Positions 54,932 through 64,000 of a stretch of 64,000 bases of DNA are shown in pieces. The stretch covers positions 6,177 to 70,176 of the forward strand of contig JANYDG010000068.1 in the NCBI GenBank assembly GCA_025359885.1. The letters run 5' to 3'. Under the pieces are notes generated by a model. It ran no database searches, was not told where the DNA came from, and worked only from the letters and a program-made list of their open reading frames with translations. This stretch comes from Acidobacteriota bacterium (GTDB lineage: Bacteria > Acidobacteriota > Terriglobia > Terriglobales > Acidobacteriaceae). Positions within the stretch are counted from its first letter, which is position 1, and every line of letters begins with the position of its first letter. A program made the position numbers and the translations under genes.

Positions 54932-56179
54932 CTAGCTATACCGCAGCCATCGCAAAATCTCCGGCAGCGTCGCCCGTTTGCCGTACATGAGAATGCCAAT
55001 GCGGTAGAGCCTCGACGAAAGCCAAAGCACGCCCCAGATACTCAGCAGCATCAGCACAATCGACAGCAGAATCTGCCATGTCGGCGGCACCTGCGAGCCC
55101 ATCCTGAGGAACATCACGATCGGGGTGCATGGCGGAAAAAGCGAAGCTGCAATCGACCACGCCGAGTTCGAGTCGTTGATGATCAGCAGAATCATTGCAA
55201 AGCTCAACCACACAGGTACAGCCGCCAGAGGCGTGAACATCTGCAACTCCTGCTCGGTTTCACAGGTCGCCGCAAGGCCGGCAAAGAGTGCGCTGTAGAG
55301 AAAGTAGCCGAGCACAAAGTAGACCGGAAACAGCACCCCCTCAACCCAGGAAAAGTGCACCGCCAGGCTGCCAGAGAGCGTTGAAGCAGCCAAAGGCGTC
55401 ACCAGCATCAAGCCAGCTGCAGATACCCAGATAAGAATCTGCGTAAGACCAACTGCACCCACACCGATCAGCTTGCCGGCCAGCAGGTCGCCCGGCTCGG
55501 CGATCGAAAGCATGACCTCAAAGATGCGCGAAGTCTTCTCCTGGATGATGGAGCGAGCCACATTCAAGCCGTAGACGATGGTCGTCATCGACAGCAGAAA
55601 AGCCATCACATACCCTTTGTAGAAAGAGGCGGTCGCGTTGCTCTTCACCACGCTGCCATCTTTCTTCACCTGAAAGGTTGCGATCGTGATGCCTTTGACG
55701 AGGGCGTCGGCCTCGGTAGTCTGCACCCCGGTGCGGATGAGCCGCTCTTTGACCAGGGCATCGTTCACTGCACCTTCCATGCGAGCCGTGGTGAGGAAGT
55801 CTCCGGAAGACGGCGAGCTGTAGGTTACTTCAGGCAGCCCCTGCGCGGGAGTCACTACCGACAGCACGCCGTCGATTGAGCGCTCCTGCACCTGCTTCAA
55901 CAACCGGGCTCGATCCTCCTGGGTCGCTGGAGCGAAGACATCCACCGTTGTCTTTGAATCCTTCTTCCGCGTCAGCCGGGCACGCACCTGCTCTGCCAGC
56001 GCAGGATTATCCGACGCAATCGCCAGATGCTTGTTTGACCCAAGGCTAAGCGTCGAGAGATAGCCGACAAAAATCACGCCACCAAAGAGTGCGGGCAGCA
56101 ACAGCGTCGTGAGCAGAAAGGCCCGGCCGCGAATCTGTTCCATATATTCGCGTCTGGCAACCAGCAAAAACTTACGCAT
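54932..56179 (-). CDS. ABC-2 type transporter permease (NatB-like)
   Basis: Polytopic membrane protein with a large first periplasmic loop. The ATG at 56179 (MRKFLLVARREYMEQIRG) overlaps the ATPase gene stop by 8 nt. Confidence 0.75.
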   Translation of the reverse strand: MRKFLLVARREYMEQIRGRAFLLTTLLLPALFGGVIFVGYLSTLSLGSNKHLAIASDNPALAEQVRARLTRKKDSKTTVDVFAPATQEDRARLLKQVQERSIDGVLSVVTPAQGLPEVTYSSPSSGDFLTTARMEGAVNDALVKERLIRTGVQTTEADALVKGITIATFQVKKDGSVVKSNATASFYKGYVMAFLLSMTTIVYGLNVARSIIQEKTSRIFEVMLSIAEPGDLLAGKLIGVGAVGLTQILIWVSAAGLMLVTPLAASTLSGSLAVHFSWVEGVLFPVYFVLGYFLYSALFAGLAATCETEQELQMFTPLAAVPVWLSFAMILLIINDSNSAWSIAASLFPPCTPIVMFLRMGSQVPPTWQILLSIVLMLLSIWGVLWLSSRLYRIGILMYGKRATLPEILRWLRYS

Positions 56180-57074
56180 CGGCCTTGCCTCCCACTGTCT
56201 TGATAAAAATCTCTTCAAGCGACGGTTCCACCAGTTCAAATCGATAAATTGTGGCGACAGCCGCGGCCTCCTGCAAGAGCTTCTGCGCGTTGCCGTGGTC
56301 CCTCAATCGAATCTCGGCATGGCCGGAGTAGTTCTTCGCCTCTGCAATTTCTTCGCTCTTGAGAAAATCCGAGCTGCCTTCGTATTCAATAATCACGCGA
56401 TTGCGCTCATAGCTGGCCTTGATTTCCCGCACCTTGCCTGCAAGTACGGCGCGGCCCCTGTCGATCAGGCAGATCGAGTCGCAGAGCTTCTCCACCTGGT
56501 CCATGCGATGCGTTGAAAAGACAATAGCCTTGCCCTCATCCTTGAGTTCAATCAAGGTCTGCTCCAGCAGCTTGGCATTGACGGGGTCCAGACCAGAAAA
56601 GGGCTCATCCATGATGATCAGGCCAGGGTCGTGCAGCAGCGATGAAATGAACTGGATCTTCTGCTGCATGCCCTTCGAGAGCTCTTCCGTCTTTTTGGGT
56701 AACGCCTCGTCAATCTCCATCCGTTCAGCCCAGGCAATGGCTCGCGTGCGGGCCACGTCGGCCGGAAGCCCATGCAGTTCCCCAAAGAAAACAAGCTGAT
56801 CGAGCACCTTCATCTTCTTGTAGAGTCCGCGCTCTTCGGGCAGGTAGCCCACGCGCTCCAGGCTGCCGCGCTCAAACGGCTTGTCAAACAGGCTCACCGT
56901 TCCCGAGTCCGGCATCGTGATGCCCAGCATCATGCGAATCGAGCTGGTCTTGCCCGCACCATTGGGCCCCAGCAGCCCAAACATCTGGCCCGCATCAATT
57001 GAAAAGCTCAAGTTGTTGACAGCAACCTTGCTCTCATAGGCCTTGGTCACTCCCGCGAGTTCGACAACTGGCAT
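56172..57074 (-). CDS. ABC transporter ATP-binding protein (NatA-like)
   Basis: Walker A GPNGAGKTS, signature LSKGMQQK and Walker B LIIMDEPFSGLD. The start is taken at ATG 57074. Confidence 0.85.
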   Translation of the reverse strand: MPVVELAGVTKAYESKVAVNNLSFSIDAGQMFGLLGPNGAGKTSSIRMMLGITMPDSGTVSLFDKPFERGSLERVGYLPEERGLYKKMKVLDQLVFFGELHGLPADVARTRAIAWAERMEIDEALPKKTEELSKGMQQKIQFISSLLHDPGLIIMDEPFSGLDPVNAKLLEQTLIELKDEGKAIVFSTHRMDQVEKLCDSICLIDRGRAVLAGKVREIKASYERNRVIIEYEGSSDFLKSEEIAEAKNYSGHAEIRLRDHGNAQKLLQEAAAVATIYRFELVEPSLEEIFIKTVGGKADA

Positions 57075-57275
57075 GCATTCTCCCGGCGATTCCTCTTGCC
57101 CAACGATCATGCTGTTGGAACTAAGAGGAGTCTAACAAATCACAAACGGGCAGACCCGAGCACCCACGGGCGTGCCCGTGGATTTGCGCCAAGGTTCCAT
57201 GGTCGAGTGGAGGTCAAATTGAGGTCAAGTGGAGTGGTTTTGCAGGAAGAAAAGCAGTGTGACAGCCTGACAGAA

Positions 57276-57301
57276 AGGCCCGGCAGCTTTGCCGCGGGCC
57301 T
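57276..57301 (-). terminator. Hairpin downstream of the sigma-54 activator gene
   Basis: The minus-strand RNA would read AGGCCCGCGGC-AAAGCU-GCCGGGCCU followed by UUCUGUC. The stem has one bulge. Confidence 0.4.
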
Positions 57302-57341
57302 CCTGGTCAAGTCGATTGGTCGTATACGGCGATTGCTGACG

Positions 57342-58736
57342 TTAAGCCGTTTCTGTAACCCGGCCCTCTACGTCAAACAGCATCCCCGGCTCACCGAGTC
57401 GGATCAGCCGATGCAGGTACGCTCGCGAGATGCAGAGGCTGCGAGCGGCCAGCGTTTTATTGCCGTTATTGTCCCGCACCGCCGTCGTCGCCAGCTTGAT
57501 TTTGTAGTCGCGCAAACGCAGTTCAAACGAACCGGAGGGCTGATAGTCGCTGATGTCGACCACGCTCTCTTCGCGAACATTCAACGGCAGGTCTTCCAGA
57601 CGTACCGATGTCCCCTTGGACATGATGATCGACCGCTGAATCACGTTCTCAAGCTCGCGCACGTTACCCGGCCACGCATAGCTCTGCAGCATGTTCATCG
57701 CGCTCGGATCAATTTCCCGCGTTGCCTTCTGGTACATCTTGGAGTAGTGACGCAGGAAGTGGTTGGCAATCTGCGGAATATCCTCAGGATGCTCCTGCAG
57801 CGAAGGAGAATCGATGCGCATGACGTTAATGCGGTAGTACAAATCCTGCCGGAATTTGCCCTGCGCCACCATCTCACCCAGATCCTGATGGGTCGCAAAA
57901 ATCAGCCGCGCCCGCAACGGCACAAGACGGTTACTGCCCAGCCGGCTGAACTCCCGCTGCTGCAACACGCGCAAGAGCTTCACCTGGGTATACAAGCTGA
58001 GCTCGCCGATTTCATCGAGGAAAATGGTGCCATCACCAGCCTGCTCAAAAAATCCCTCACGCGCTCCGACTGAGCCCGTGAATGCACCCTTTTCATGCCC
58101 GAACAACTCCGACTCAATCAGCGTCTCAGGAATGGCACCGCAGGAAACAGCGACAAATGGTTTGCTCGCCCGGCTGCCCAGATTGTGAATCGCCCGGGCA
58201 ATCAATTCCTTACCCGTTCCGCTCTCGCCCGTTACCAGCACCGAGGCATTCAGATTGGTGACGCTCTCGACCAACTGATAGACCTGGCGCATCTGCGGAC
58301 TCGACCCGATCATCTTGTCGCAGCCAATCTCGCCGTCGAGCTTCTGCTCTGCTCTGTGGAGCTGGCGTTTCATCGCCGAATGCTCGTGGGCACGCAACAG
58401 CATCGTCTTCAGATCCCGAATCGACGGCGGCTTGCGACAGTATCCATAGGCACCGTCGGCCACCAACTCCATCGCCTTGGCGCGCAGAGAATCGTCAGCC
58501 ATGATCACTGTCGGAATCGATGCCCCTATCAAGGAACGCGAAAACTCAATTCGCTGCCGCTGGTCTCCATAGTTTGAGTTCAGATCCAGGATGATGACAT
58601 CGCAATCGCCTCCATTGGCCAACTGCTCCATCTCGGCTTCATCCGATTCCAGAAACATCTCAAACTCGCGCCCCAATGCGGACGAAAGTACGGGTTGCAG
58701 CGTGCGGTCTTCTGAGTACAGTCCGATTCGTATCAT
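57342..58736 (-). CDS. Sigma-54-dependent Fis-family response regulator (NtrC-like enhancer-binding protein)
   Basis: A receiver domain, an AAA+ core (GESGTGKELIARAIH, GAFTGS, ELENV) and a C-terminal HTH (NKTLAARSLCISRAYLHRLI). The start is taken at ATG 58736. Confidence 0.85.
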   Translation of the reverse strand: MIRIGLYSEDRTLQPVLSSALGREFEMFLESDEAEMEQLANGGDCDVIILDLNSNYGDQRQRIEFSRSLIGASIPTVIMADDSLRAKAMELVADGAYGYCRKPPSIRDLKTMLLRAHEHSAMKRQLHRAEQKLDGEIGCDKMIGSSPQMRQVYQLVESVTNLNASVLVTGESGTGKELIARAIHNLGSRASKPFVAVSCGAIPETLIESELFGHEKGAFTGSVGAREGFFEQAGDGTIFLDEIGELSLYTQVKLLRVLQQREFSRLGSNRLVPLRARLIFATHQDLGEMVAQGKFRQDLYYRINVMRIDSPSLQEHPEDIPQIANHFLRHYSKMYQKATREIDPSAMNMLQSYAWPGNVRELENVIQRSIIMSKGTSVRLEDLPLNVREESVVDISDYQPSGSFELRLRDYKIKLATTAVRDNNGNKTLAARSLCISRAYLHRLIRLGEPGMLFDVEGRVTETA

Positions 58737-59551
58737 GTGCTGGCTCTCTCTGGTCCCAATTCGCCGTTGAATCCGGCGGAAAGGTCTCATGCGGCTTTTT
58801 GTCTTTCAACTCGTGACGGCAATGACAACGCTGTGGAGACACTTCTCTTATCGACCATCGGGGACGGTAACGTAAATGTCACTTTAGTATGACCAGCTGG
58901 GTGTTTTAACATGTTACCTTAGTACCACTTTAGTGGCAACCCTAAAAATGTTGGCTTATTTGCTACCCCCCCTTGGTACCAAATCTCCTCCCCGACCCCC
59001 TCTCTTCAAGCCTGATTCAGTCATCTTCCGCTTCCAGAACCTGCTGCAAGTCGCTCTAATGAATACTGATTTGCTCCCCGTACATCCCTCACTCGTTTTC
59101 GCTCTGATGCGGAGCACCCAGGATTTTAGGTCGCTGCAGGCAGCCCGATCTTCCTCTCGACCCTGCTGCCTTTCGACCCTTCCTTCAAGGCTGCAAGCTC
59201 AAAAGAACACGAAAAAACTCCCCGAACAGGCTAAAAGTGCTGCAGTGAGAGGTTACCGAAGTTACTCTAGATTCAAATACCTGCCGCCGCGCCTCCCCTC
59301 GTGACCTTGATCAACTCGTGTACTTGGCGAATTTGCCGCCTCTCAACCAGCCATCTCGACCGTTTCATCGGCGTCTCGGAACATCGGCTCATCCCCCAAA
59401 GGTGGACTCCAGTCGAACCTTTTGTGGGTGTATATGTCCTGCTTCACTCCATCGCCAGCCTGTAAACAGCCGTGGACATCCGCGCCCGACCATCCCCCCT
59501 GCTTCGCCTCTAAGCTGTTGTTTTATTGAGCCTTGCAAGCAATGCAGAGTT

Positions 59552-59567
59552 TGGTCTGCTAATTGCA
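59552..59567 (+). promoter_or_regulatory. Candidate sigma-54 (-24/-12) promoter upstream of the Tad genes
   Basis: TGGTCT-GCTAA-TTGCA, with GG and GC in the canonical register, 108 nt upstream of the cpaA ATG. This is pattern match only. Confidence 0.4.
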
Positions 59568-59674
59568 CCATCCCATGCATTCAGAAGCCGGATGGGCTGG
59601 AAGCTCACCCGGATTCAGGTTAGTGAAGGCCGAACCCCTGGCCGAACCCTCGTTGGAGAGAAAGGAGTCTGCGC

Positions 59675-60190
59675 ATGCAATCAATCGCCTGGTGGCCCTC
59701 GGTCTTTGTTCTGGCCGTCGCCACATTCACCGATCTGCGCAGCCGCCGCATCCCCAACTGGCTGGTCCTCCCCTTCATGCTGCTTGGATTGGTGCTTTCA
59801 GCCTGGTTTTATGGCTGGCACGGCCTCGGCCAGAGTCTTTCCGGCCTGGCGCTCGGCGCCCTGATTTTCGGTGTTCTCAGTTATATGGGCGGCATGGGCA
59901 TGGGTGACGTCAAGCTCTGCGCCGCCATGGGTGCCTGGATCGGACCCTCTCAGTTGCTCTTTGCCATGGTCATCACCGGGGTTGCCGGGGGCATCATGGC
60001 GGTTGTCTGGGCGGCCGCTGGCGGCTTCCTCGGCGAACTCTTCTCGGGCAGCGGCGATCTTCTCTTCGGTCTGGGCTCTCGCGGCTTGCGCCCTCACCCT
60101 GAACTTCAATTGTCAAACCCGCGGGCCCGCAAAATGCCGTACGCCCCCGCAATCGCTGTCGGAATACTCATCTCGTTCTTTGCACACTGA
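59675..60190 (+). CDS. cpaA: A24-family prepilin peptidase (CpaA/TadV)
   Basis: VAVATFTDLRSRRIPNWLVLP and GMGMGDVKLCAAMGAWIG carry the two catalytic Asp motifs. An RBS GAAAGGAG lies upstream. Confidence 0.8.
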   Translation: MQSIAWWPSVFVLAVATFTDLRSRRIPNWLVLPFMLLGLVLSAWFYGWHGLGQSLSGLALGALIFGVLSYMGGMGMGDVKLCAAMGAWIGPSQLLFAMVITGVAGGIMAVVWAAAGGFLGELFSGSGDLLFGLGSRGLRPHPELQLSNPRARKMPYAPAIAVGILISFFAH

Positions 60191-60333
60191 TTTTTCAAAA
60201 GCAAATTCATTCAACGCGACAGGAAATTCACAATGAACGCGCACAGGTCGATAAACAAACTCGAGAGTTTCCGGCAAGTTGACTGCGCTCGGCGTCGGTC
60301 TCCAGGCCGCACTCCGGAAGGAGAAGCATTCGC

Positions 60334-61545
60334 ATGATATCGACCTCAAATCACGAATCCGAGTTTGGAAGTAATGTCCCTTCTGTCACCTTGTCCGTAG
60401 CCCTCATCGGACCGGAACAGATGCGTCGAAGCGCCGTAGCCATGGCGCTGGCCGGGACGCAAGCCGGAAGCACTCGCGAATTCCCTGACTACCCTTCGCT
60501 CGACGACCTGCCCCAACTCCTCCAGCAGGAGTTCGACGTCCTCATCGTCGACCTCGACAGCAACCCGGAGTACGCGCTCGACCTCGTTGAAGGTCTCTGC
60601 GCCAGCAGCACATCCACAGTGATGGTCTACTCCGCCCATTCAAATTCAGACCTGCTGGTTCGCTGCATGAGGGCCGGAGCCCGCGAGTACCTCACCCTTC
60701 CCATCGCCCCCAGCACCATGGCAGAGGCACTCGTTCGCACCTCCGTTCGACGCCCCGCTTCGCGCAGTGCCAAAAAGGCTGGCGGCAAACTCATGGTCTT
60801 CCTGGGTGCAAAAGGTGGCTCAGGCGTCACCACCCTCGCCTGCAACTTTGCCGTTTCCCTGGCCCAGGAATCGGGTCTCAGCACCTTGCTCATCGACCTC
60901 GATTTGCCCCTCGGCGACGCCGCCCTCAACCTCGGCATCGCTTCGGAATACTCAACCTTCAACGCGCTGCAGAACTTCAGCCGCCTTGACTCCAATTTCC
61001 TCTCCAAGCTGCTCGTCAAGCACAACTCCGGCTTGTCGGTATTAGGCGCGCCCGGCAAGTTCTCGCAGATTCCCACCACCAGCGAAGCCATTGACAAACT
61101 GCTCGCCATTGCCCGCCAGGACTTCGACTACATCGTCGTCGACGCCGGTACGCGCCTCGATCTCACCGATACAGCCCTCTTTGAACGGGCTTCGACCATC
61201 TATCTCATCGCCCAGGTCAGCATTCCTGAGCTGCGCAACTCCAACCGCCTGATTACCGAGTGCTTCAAACTCGAGGGCCCAAAGCTTGAAATCGTGCTCA
61301 ACCGCTACATGCCCCGTTCCCTGGGTGTTGACGAAGAGCACATCACCAAAGCTCTCACCCGTCCGGCCACATGGCGTATCCCAAATGATTACGCCACAGC
61401 CCGCCGCACCCAGAACACCGCTACCCCGCTCTCGCTTGAAGATTCACCGATTTCCCGCGTCATTCGCCAGATGGCAAGAAGCGTTTGCGGACTGCCCGAA
61501 AACCCCGAAAAGAAGAAGCGCTTCAGCTTCTTCGCAAGCAAGTAA
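60334..61545 (+). CDS. cpaE: Pilus assembly ATPase CpaE/TadZ (atypical receiver domain plus ParA/MinD-like domain)
   Basis: An N-terminal receiver-like fold (DVLIVDLDSNPEYALDLV...YLTLPI) and a deviant Walker A (FLGAKGGSGVTTLACNFA). Confidence 0.8.
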   Translation: MISTSNHESEFGSNVPSVTLSVALIGPEQMRRSAVAMALAGTQAGSTREFPDYPSLDDLPQLLQQEFDVLIVDLDSNPEYALDLVEGLCASSTSTVMVYSAHSNSDLLVRCMRAGAREYLTLPIAPSTMAEALVRTSVRRPASRSAKKAGGKLMVFLGAKGGSGVTTLACNFAVSLAQESGLSTLLIDLDLPLGDAALNLGIASEYSTFNALQNFSRLDSNFLSKLLVKHNSGLSVLGAPGKFSQIPTTSEAIDKLLAIARQDFDYIVVDAGTRLDLTDTALFERASTIYLIAQVSIPELRNSNRLITECFKLEGPKLEIVLNRYMPRSLGVDEEHITKALTRPATWRIPNDYATARRTQNTATPLSLEDSPISRVIRQMARSVCGLPENPEKKKRFSFFASK

Positions 61546-61566
61546 ACCACTCAGAAACGGTGTCGC

Positions 61567-62847
61567 ATGGAATTGCTAGGCCTTGAATCATTCAAAACCG
61601 ATATTCACCGGATTCTCATCTCGAGAATGGACCTGGAGAAACTCGCCCGCATCAATCCCGAGCAGGCGCGCCTGGCCGTGGCAGGCCTGGTGAACGAGAT
61701 CATTACAGAGAAGCGCGTACCCCTCAGTTTTGAAGAGCAGGAAAAAGTCCAGGCCGAGATTCTCGACGACGTCTTCGGCCTGGGCCCGCTCGAACCTCTC
61801 CTCCGCGACCCCAAAATCTCCGACATCCTCGTCAATGACAAGGACCACGTCTTCGTCGAAAAGGGTGGTCGCCTCCAACGCGTAGACACCTCTTTCCGCG
61901 ACGACCGCCACCTGCTTCAGATCATTGACCGCATCGTTTCCCGCGTCGGCCGCCGCGTCGATGAGTCCTCGCCCATGGTCGACGCCCGCCTTCCCGACGG
62001 ATCCCGCGTCAACGCCATCATTCCGCCCCTCGCTCTCGATGGACCGTCCATGTCCATCCGCCGCTTCGGCACCGGACCCATCGCCTCCAACCAGCTCGTA
62101 CAGCTCAAAAGCATCTCCGCAGAAATGATGGAGGTGCTCGCAGCCGCTGTCCGCGCCCGTATCAGCATCCTCATCTCCGGAGGCACCGGCGCCGGCAAAA
62201 CCACATTCCTCAACATCCTTTCCCGCTATATTCCTCAAAGCGAACGCATCATCACCATCGAAGACGCCGCCGAACTGCAACTCGCCCAGGAAAACATCGT
62301 CAGGCTCGAAACCCGGCCCCCCAACGTCGAAGGCCTGGGGGCCATCCGTCAGCGGCAACTGCTCGTCAACAGCCTCCGTATGCGTCCCGACCGCATCATC
62401 CTCGGCGAGGTGCGTGGCGAAGAAGCCTTTGACATGCTCCAGGCAATGAACACCGGCCACGAAGGCTCAATGGCCACCATCCACGCCAATACCGCCCGCG
62501 ATGCCATGATGCGACTGGAATCCATGGTCGCCATGTGCAACCTGAACCTTCCCGAAAAAACCGTCCGCCAGCAGATCGCCTCTGCCGTCACGATCGTCGT
62601 TCAGATCTCCCGGCTCAGCGACGGTACCCGTAAAGTCGTCGGCATCTCTGAAATTACCGGCATGGAAGAAAGCATCATCAGCATGCAGGAAATCTTCGCG
62701 TTCAACAAAAAAGGCATTGGACCCGATGGCAAGGTCATCGGCACATTCCAGCCCAGCCACATCCGCCCCAAGTTTCTTGAGAGACTCCGCATCGCCGGCA
62801 TTCACCTGCCTCCGAGCATGTTTGAAACCACCACAGAAGTTTTCTAG
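61567..62847 (+). CDS. cpaF: Tad secretion ATPase CpaF/TadA
   Basis: Walker [23 protein letters not shown] and [14 protein letters not shown]. Confidence 0.9.
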   Translation: MELLGLESFKTDIHRILISRMDLEKLARINPEQARLAVAGLVNEIITEKRVPLSFEEQEKVQAEILDDVFGLGPLEPLLRDPKISDILVNDKDHVFVEKGGRLQRVDTSFRDDRHLLQIIDRIVSRVGRRVDESSPMVDARLPDGSRVNAIIPPLALDGPSMSIRRFGTGPIASNQLVQLKSISAEMMEVLAAAVRARISILISGGTGAGKTTFLNILSRYIPQSERIITIEDAAELQLAQENIVRLETRPPNVEGLGAIRQRQLLVNSLRMRPDRIILGEVRGEEAFDMLQAMNTGHEGSMATIHANTARDAMMRLESMVAMCNLNLPEKTVRQQIASAVTIVVQISRLSDGTRKVVGISEITGMEESIISMQEIFAFNKKGIGPDGKVIGTFQPSHIRPKFLERLRIAGIHLPPSMFETTTEVF

Positions 62848-62868
62848 ACCCATGAGGATTGGATTGAA

Positions 62869-63840
62869 ATGAACCTGATCATCACCATCACTTTCGTGGG
62901 AGTCTTCGCCATCATCGCTCTGCTGATGGCGGCGACCAGTGGAACTTCTGCGAAACAAGCCAAGCAAGTGATTGCTACCCTCGATTCAGCCCTCGCTGCC
63001 TCTGCGCCTATCCGCCCTGAGCAGGTGGTCAACCTGCGAAAGAACGAATCGCTCAGCGCAATCCCCTGGATCAATAACGCGCTTCTCAAGGTCAAACTCG
63101 CTCCGCGCCTGCGCACCCTGCTCGCACAAGCTGACATCAAGTGGACCGCCGGCGGCATGTTGCTCGGGTGCGCCCTGGTGCTGGTCGTTTCCGGTTACGC
63201 AGCCTATCTGAGAACGCACGTCCTCCCCGCCTCCGCGATGTTCGGCCTCGCATGTGCCTTTTTGCCCTTTGCCTACGTACTCAAACGCCGCAGCGGCCGC
63301 TTTAGCAAGTTTGAAAAAGAACTGCCCGATGCACTTGATCTCATGGTCAGCGCACTGCGCGTCGGCCACAGCCTCAACGCAGCCATCGGCCTCGTCACCC
63401 GCGAAGCACCCGATCCCATCAAAAGCGAATTCCGCATCTGCTTCGATGAGCAGAACTACGGACTCGAAATGCGAACGGCGATGGATAACCTCAACGACCG
63501 CGTACCTCTCCAGGATCTCCGCATCCTCACCACCGCCATCATGATTCAAAAGGAAAGCGGCGGAAACCTCGCCGAAGTGCTCGAAAAAACCTCGCATGTC
63601 ATTCGCGAGCGGTTCCGCCTCAAGCGCCAGATCATGACCCATACCGCCCAGGGAAGACTCACCGGCATGATCCTGACAGCACTCCCTATCTTCCTCGGTG
63701 TGGCTCTTTACTTTGTGAACCCCGCAAGCATGAGCCTCCTCTGGACCCGCGAGGTTGGAGTCAAACTGCTCTACGCATCCGCCACGATGACCGTTATCGG
63801 CGGTCTGATCATCAACAAAATCGTCAACATGGAGGTGTGA
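62869..63840 (+). CDS. tadB: Type II secretion system F-family protein TadB
   Basis: A GspF-like domain (ELPDALDLMVSALRVGHSLNAAI) with flanking TM segments. Confidence 0.8.
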   Translation: MNLIITITFVGVFAIIALLMAATSGTSAKQAKQVIATLDSALAASAPIRPEQVVNLRKNESLSAIPWINNALLKVKLAPRLRTLLAQADIKWTAGGMLLGCALVLVVSGYAAYLRTHVLPASAMFGLACAFLPFAYVLKRRSGRFSKFEKELPDALDLMVSALRVGHSLNAAIGLVTREAPDPIKSEFRICFDEQNYGLEMRTAMDNLNDRVPLQDLRILTTAIMIQKESGGNLAEVLEKTSHVIRERFRLKRQIMTHTAQGRLTGMILTALPIFLGVALYFVNPASMSLLWTREVGVKLLYASATMTVIGGLIINKIVNMEV

Positions 63841-63848
63841 AAGAGACT

Positions 63849-64000
63849 ATGGAAACCACAATCATTACGTTTTTCCTGATCTTTCTCCTGATCGCAGGGC
63901 TCGGCCTCTTTGCCTTCCAGGGCGGCTCCATGTTGAAGCGGTTGACGGCGGTCATCTCGCCAGAGACCAAGCAGACTGGCCTGATCACTTCAATTCAACA
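63849..64000 (+). CDS. tadC: TadC-like type II secretion system F-family protein, N-terminal fragment (runs off window)
   Basis: METTIITFFLIFLLIAGLGLFAF... is a TM start immediately after tadB. The assignment rests on position and hydrophobicity only. Confidence 0.5.
   Translation, partial: METTIITFFLIFLLIAGLGLFAFQGGSMLKRLTAVISPETKQTGLITSIQ

Noticed and set aside
58800-59674. Search for an flp pilin gene upstream of cpaA
   Set aside because: On neither strand is there a small ORF with a hydrophobic segment preceded by a G/xxxxEY-type processing motif. The listed ORFs are Pro/Ser/Leu-rich, low-complexity translations of pyrimidine-rich DNA.

Overview
A 64-kb, visibly high-GC chromosomal segment. 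The proteins look Acidobacteriota-like (Acidobacteriaceae type), but that taxon call rests only on my own recognition. I count about 57 protein-coding genes and see no rRNA, tRNA, CRISPR array, transposase or prophage genes.

Content:
- Housekeeping genes: pfkA 3' end, serB, galE, kdsD, proS, PBP1A, lhr-nei, polA, queA, xseA, glmM.
- An MCP-less cheA-cheW-cheY-cheB-cheR operon.
- A nucleoside/nucleic-acid scavenging island: cdd, deoA, a secreted esterase, nupC, SemiSWEET, DUF2277, PNP, udk and a secreted S1/P1 nuclease. Its core is bracketed by two direct copies of a ~129-bp MITE-like structured repeat.
- A hybrid-kinase/response-regulator/Hpt phosphorelay.
- A sigma-54 activator divergent from a Tad/Flp pilus locus (cpaA, cpaE, cpaF, tadB, tadC) that lacks pilin, CpaB and secretin genes.
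- Three small toxin-antitoxin-type modules.

Lesions: a frame break in the essential proS gene, a frameshifted parE toxin, and a multi-hit VOC pseudogene.

Other structure: several families of short intergenic repeats (CCCTGA stop-codon repeats, GTGTGAGTG hairpins, a 60-nt GTCATCCTGAGC-type element). There is also an unusual number of in-frame 6/12/15/18-nt tandem repeats inside housekeeping genes.

I did not find an unambiguous new multi-gene system. The best candidates are listed in the findings with calibrated interest scores.
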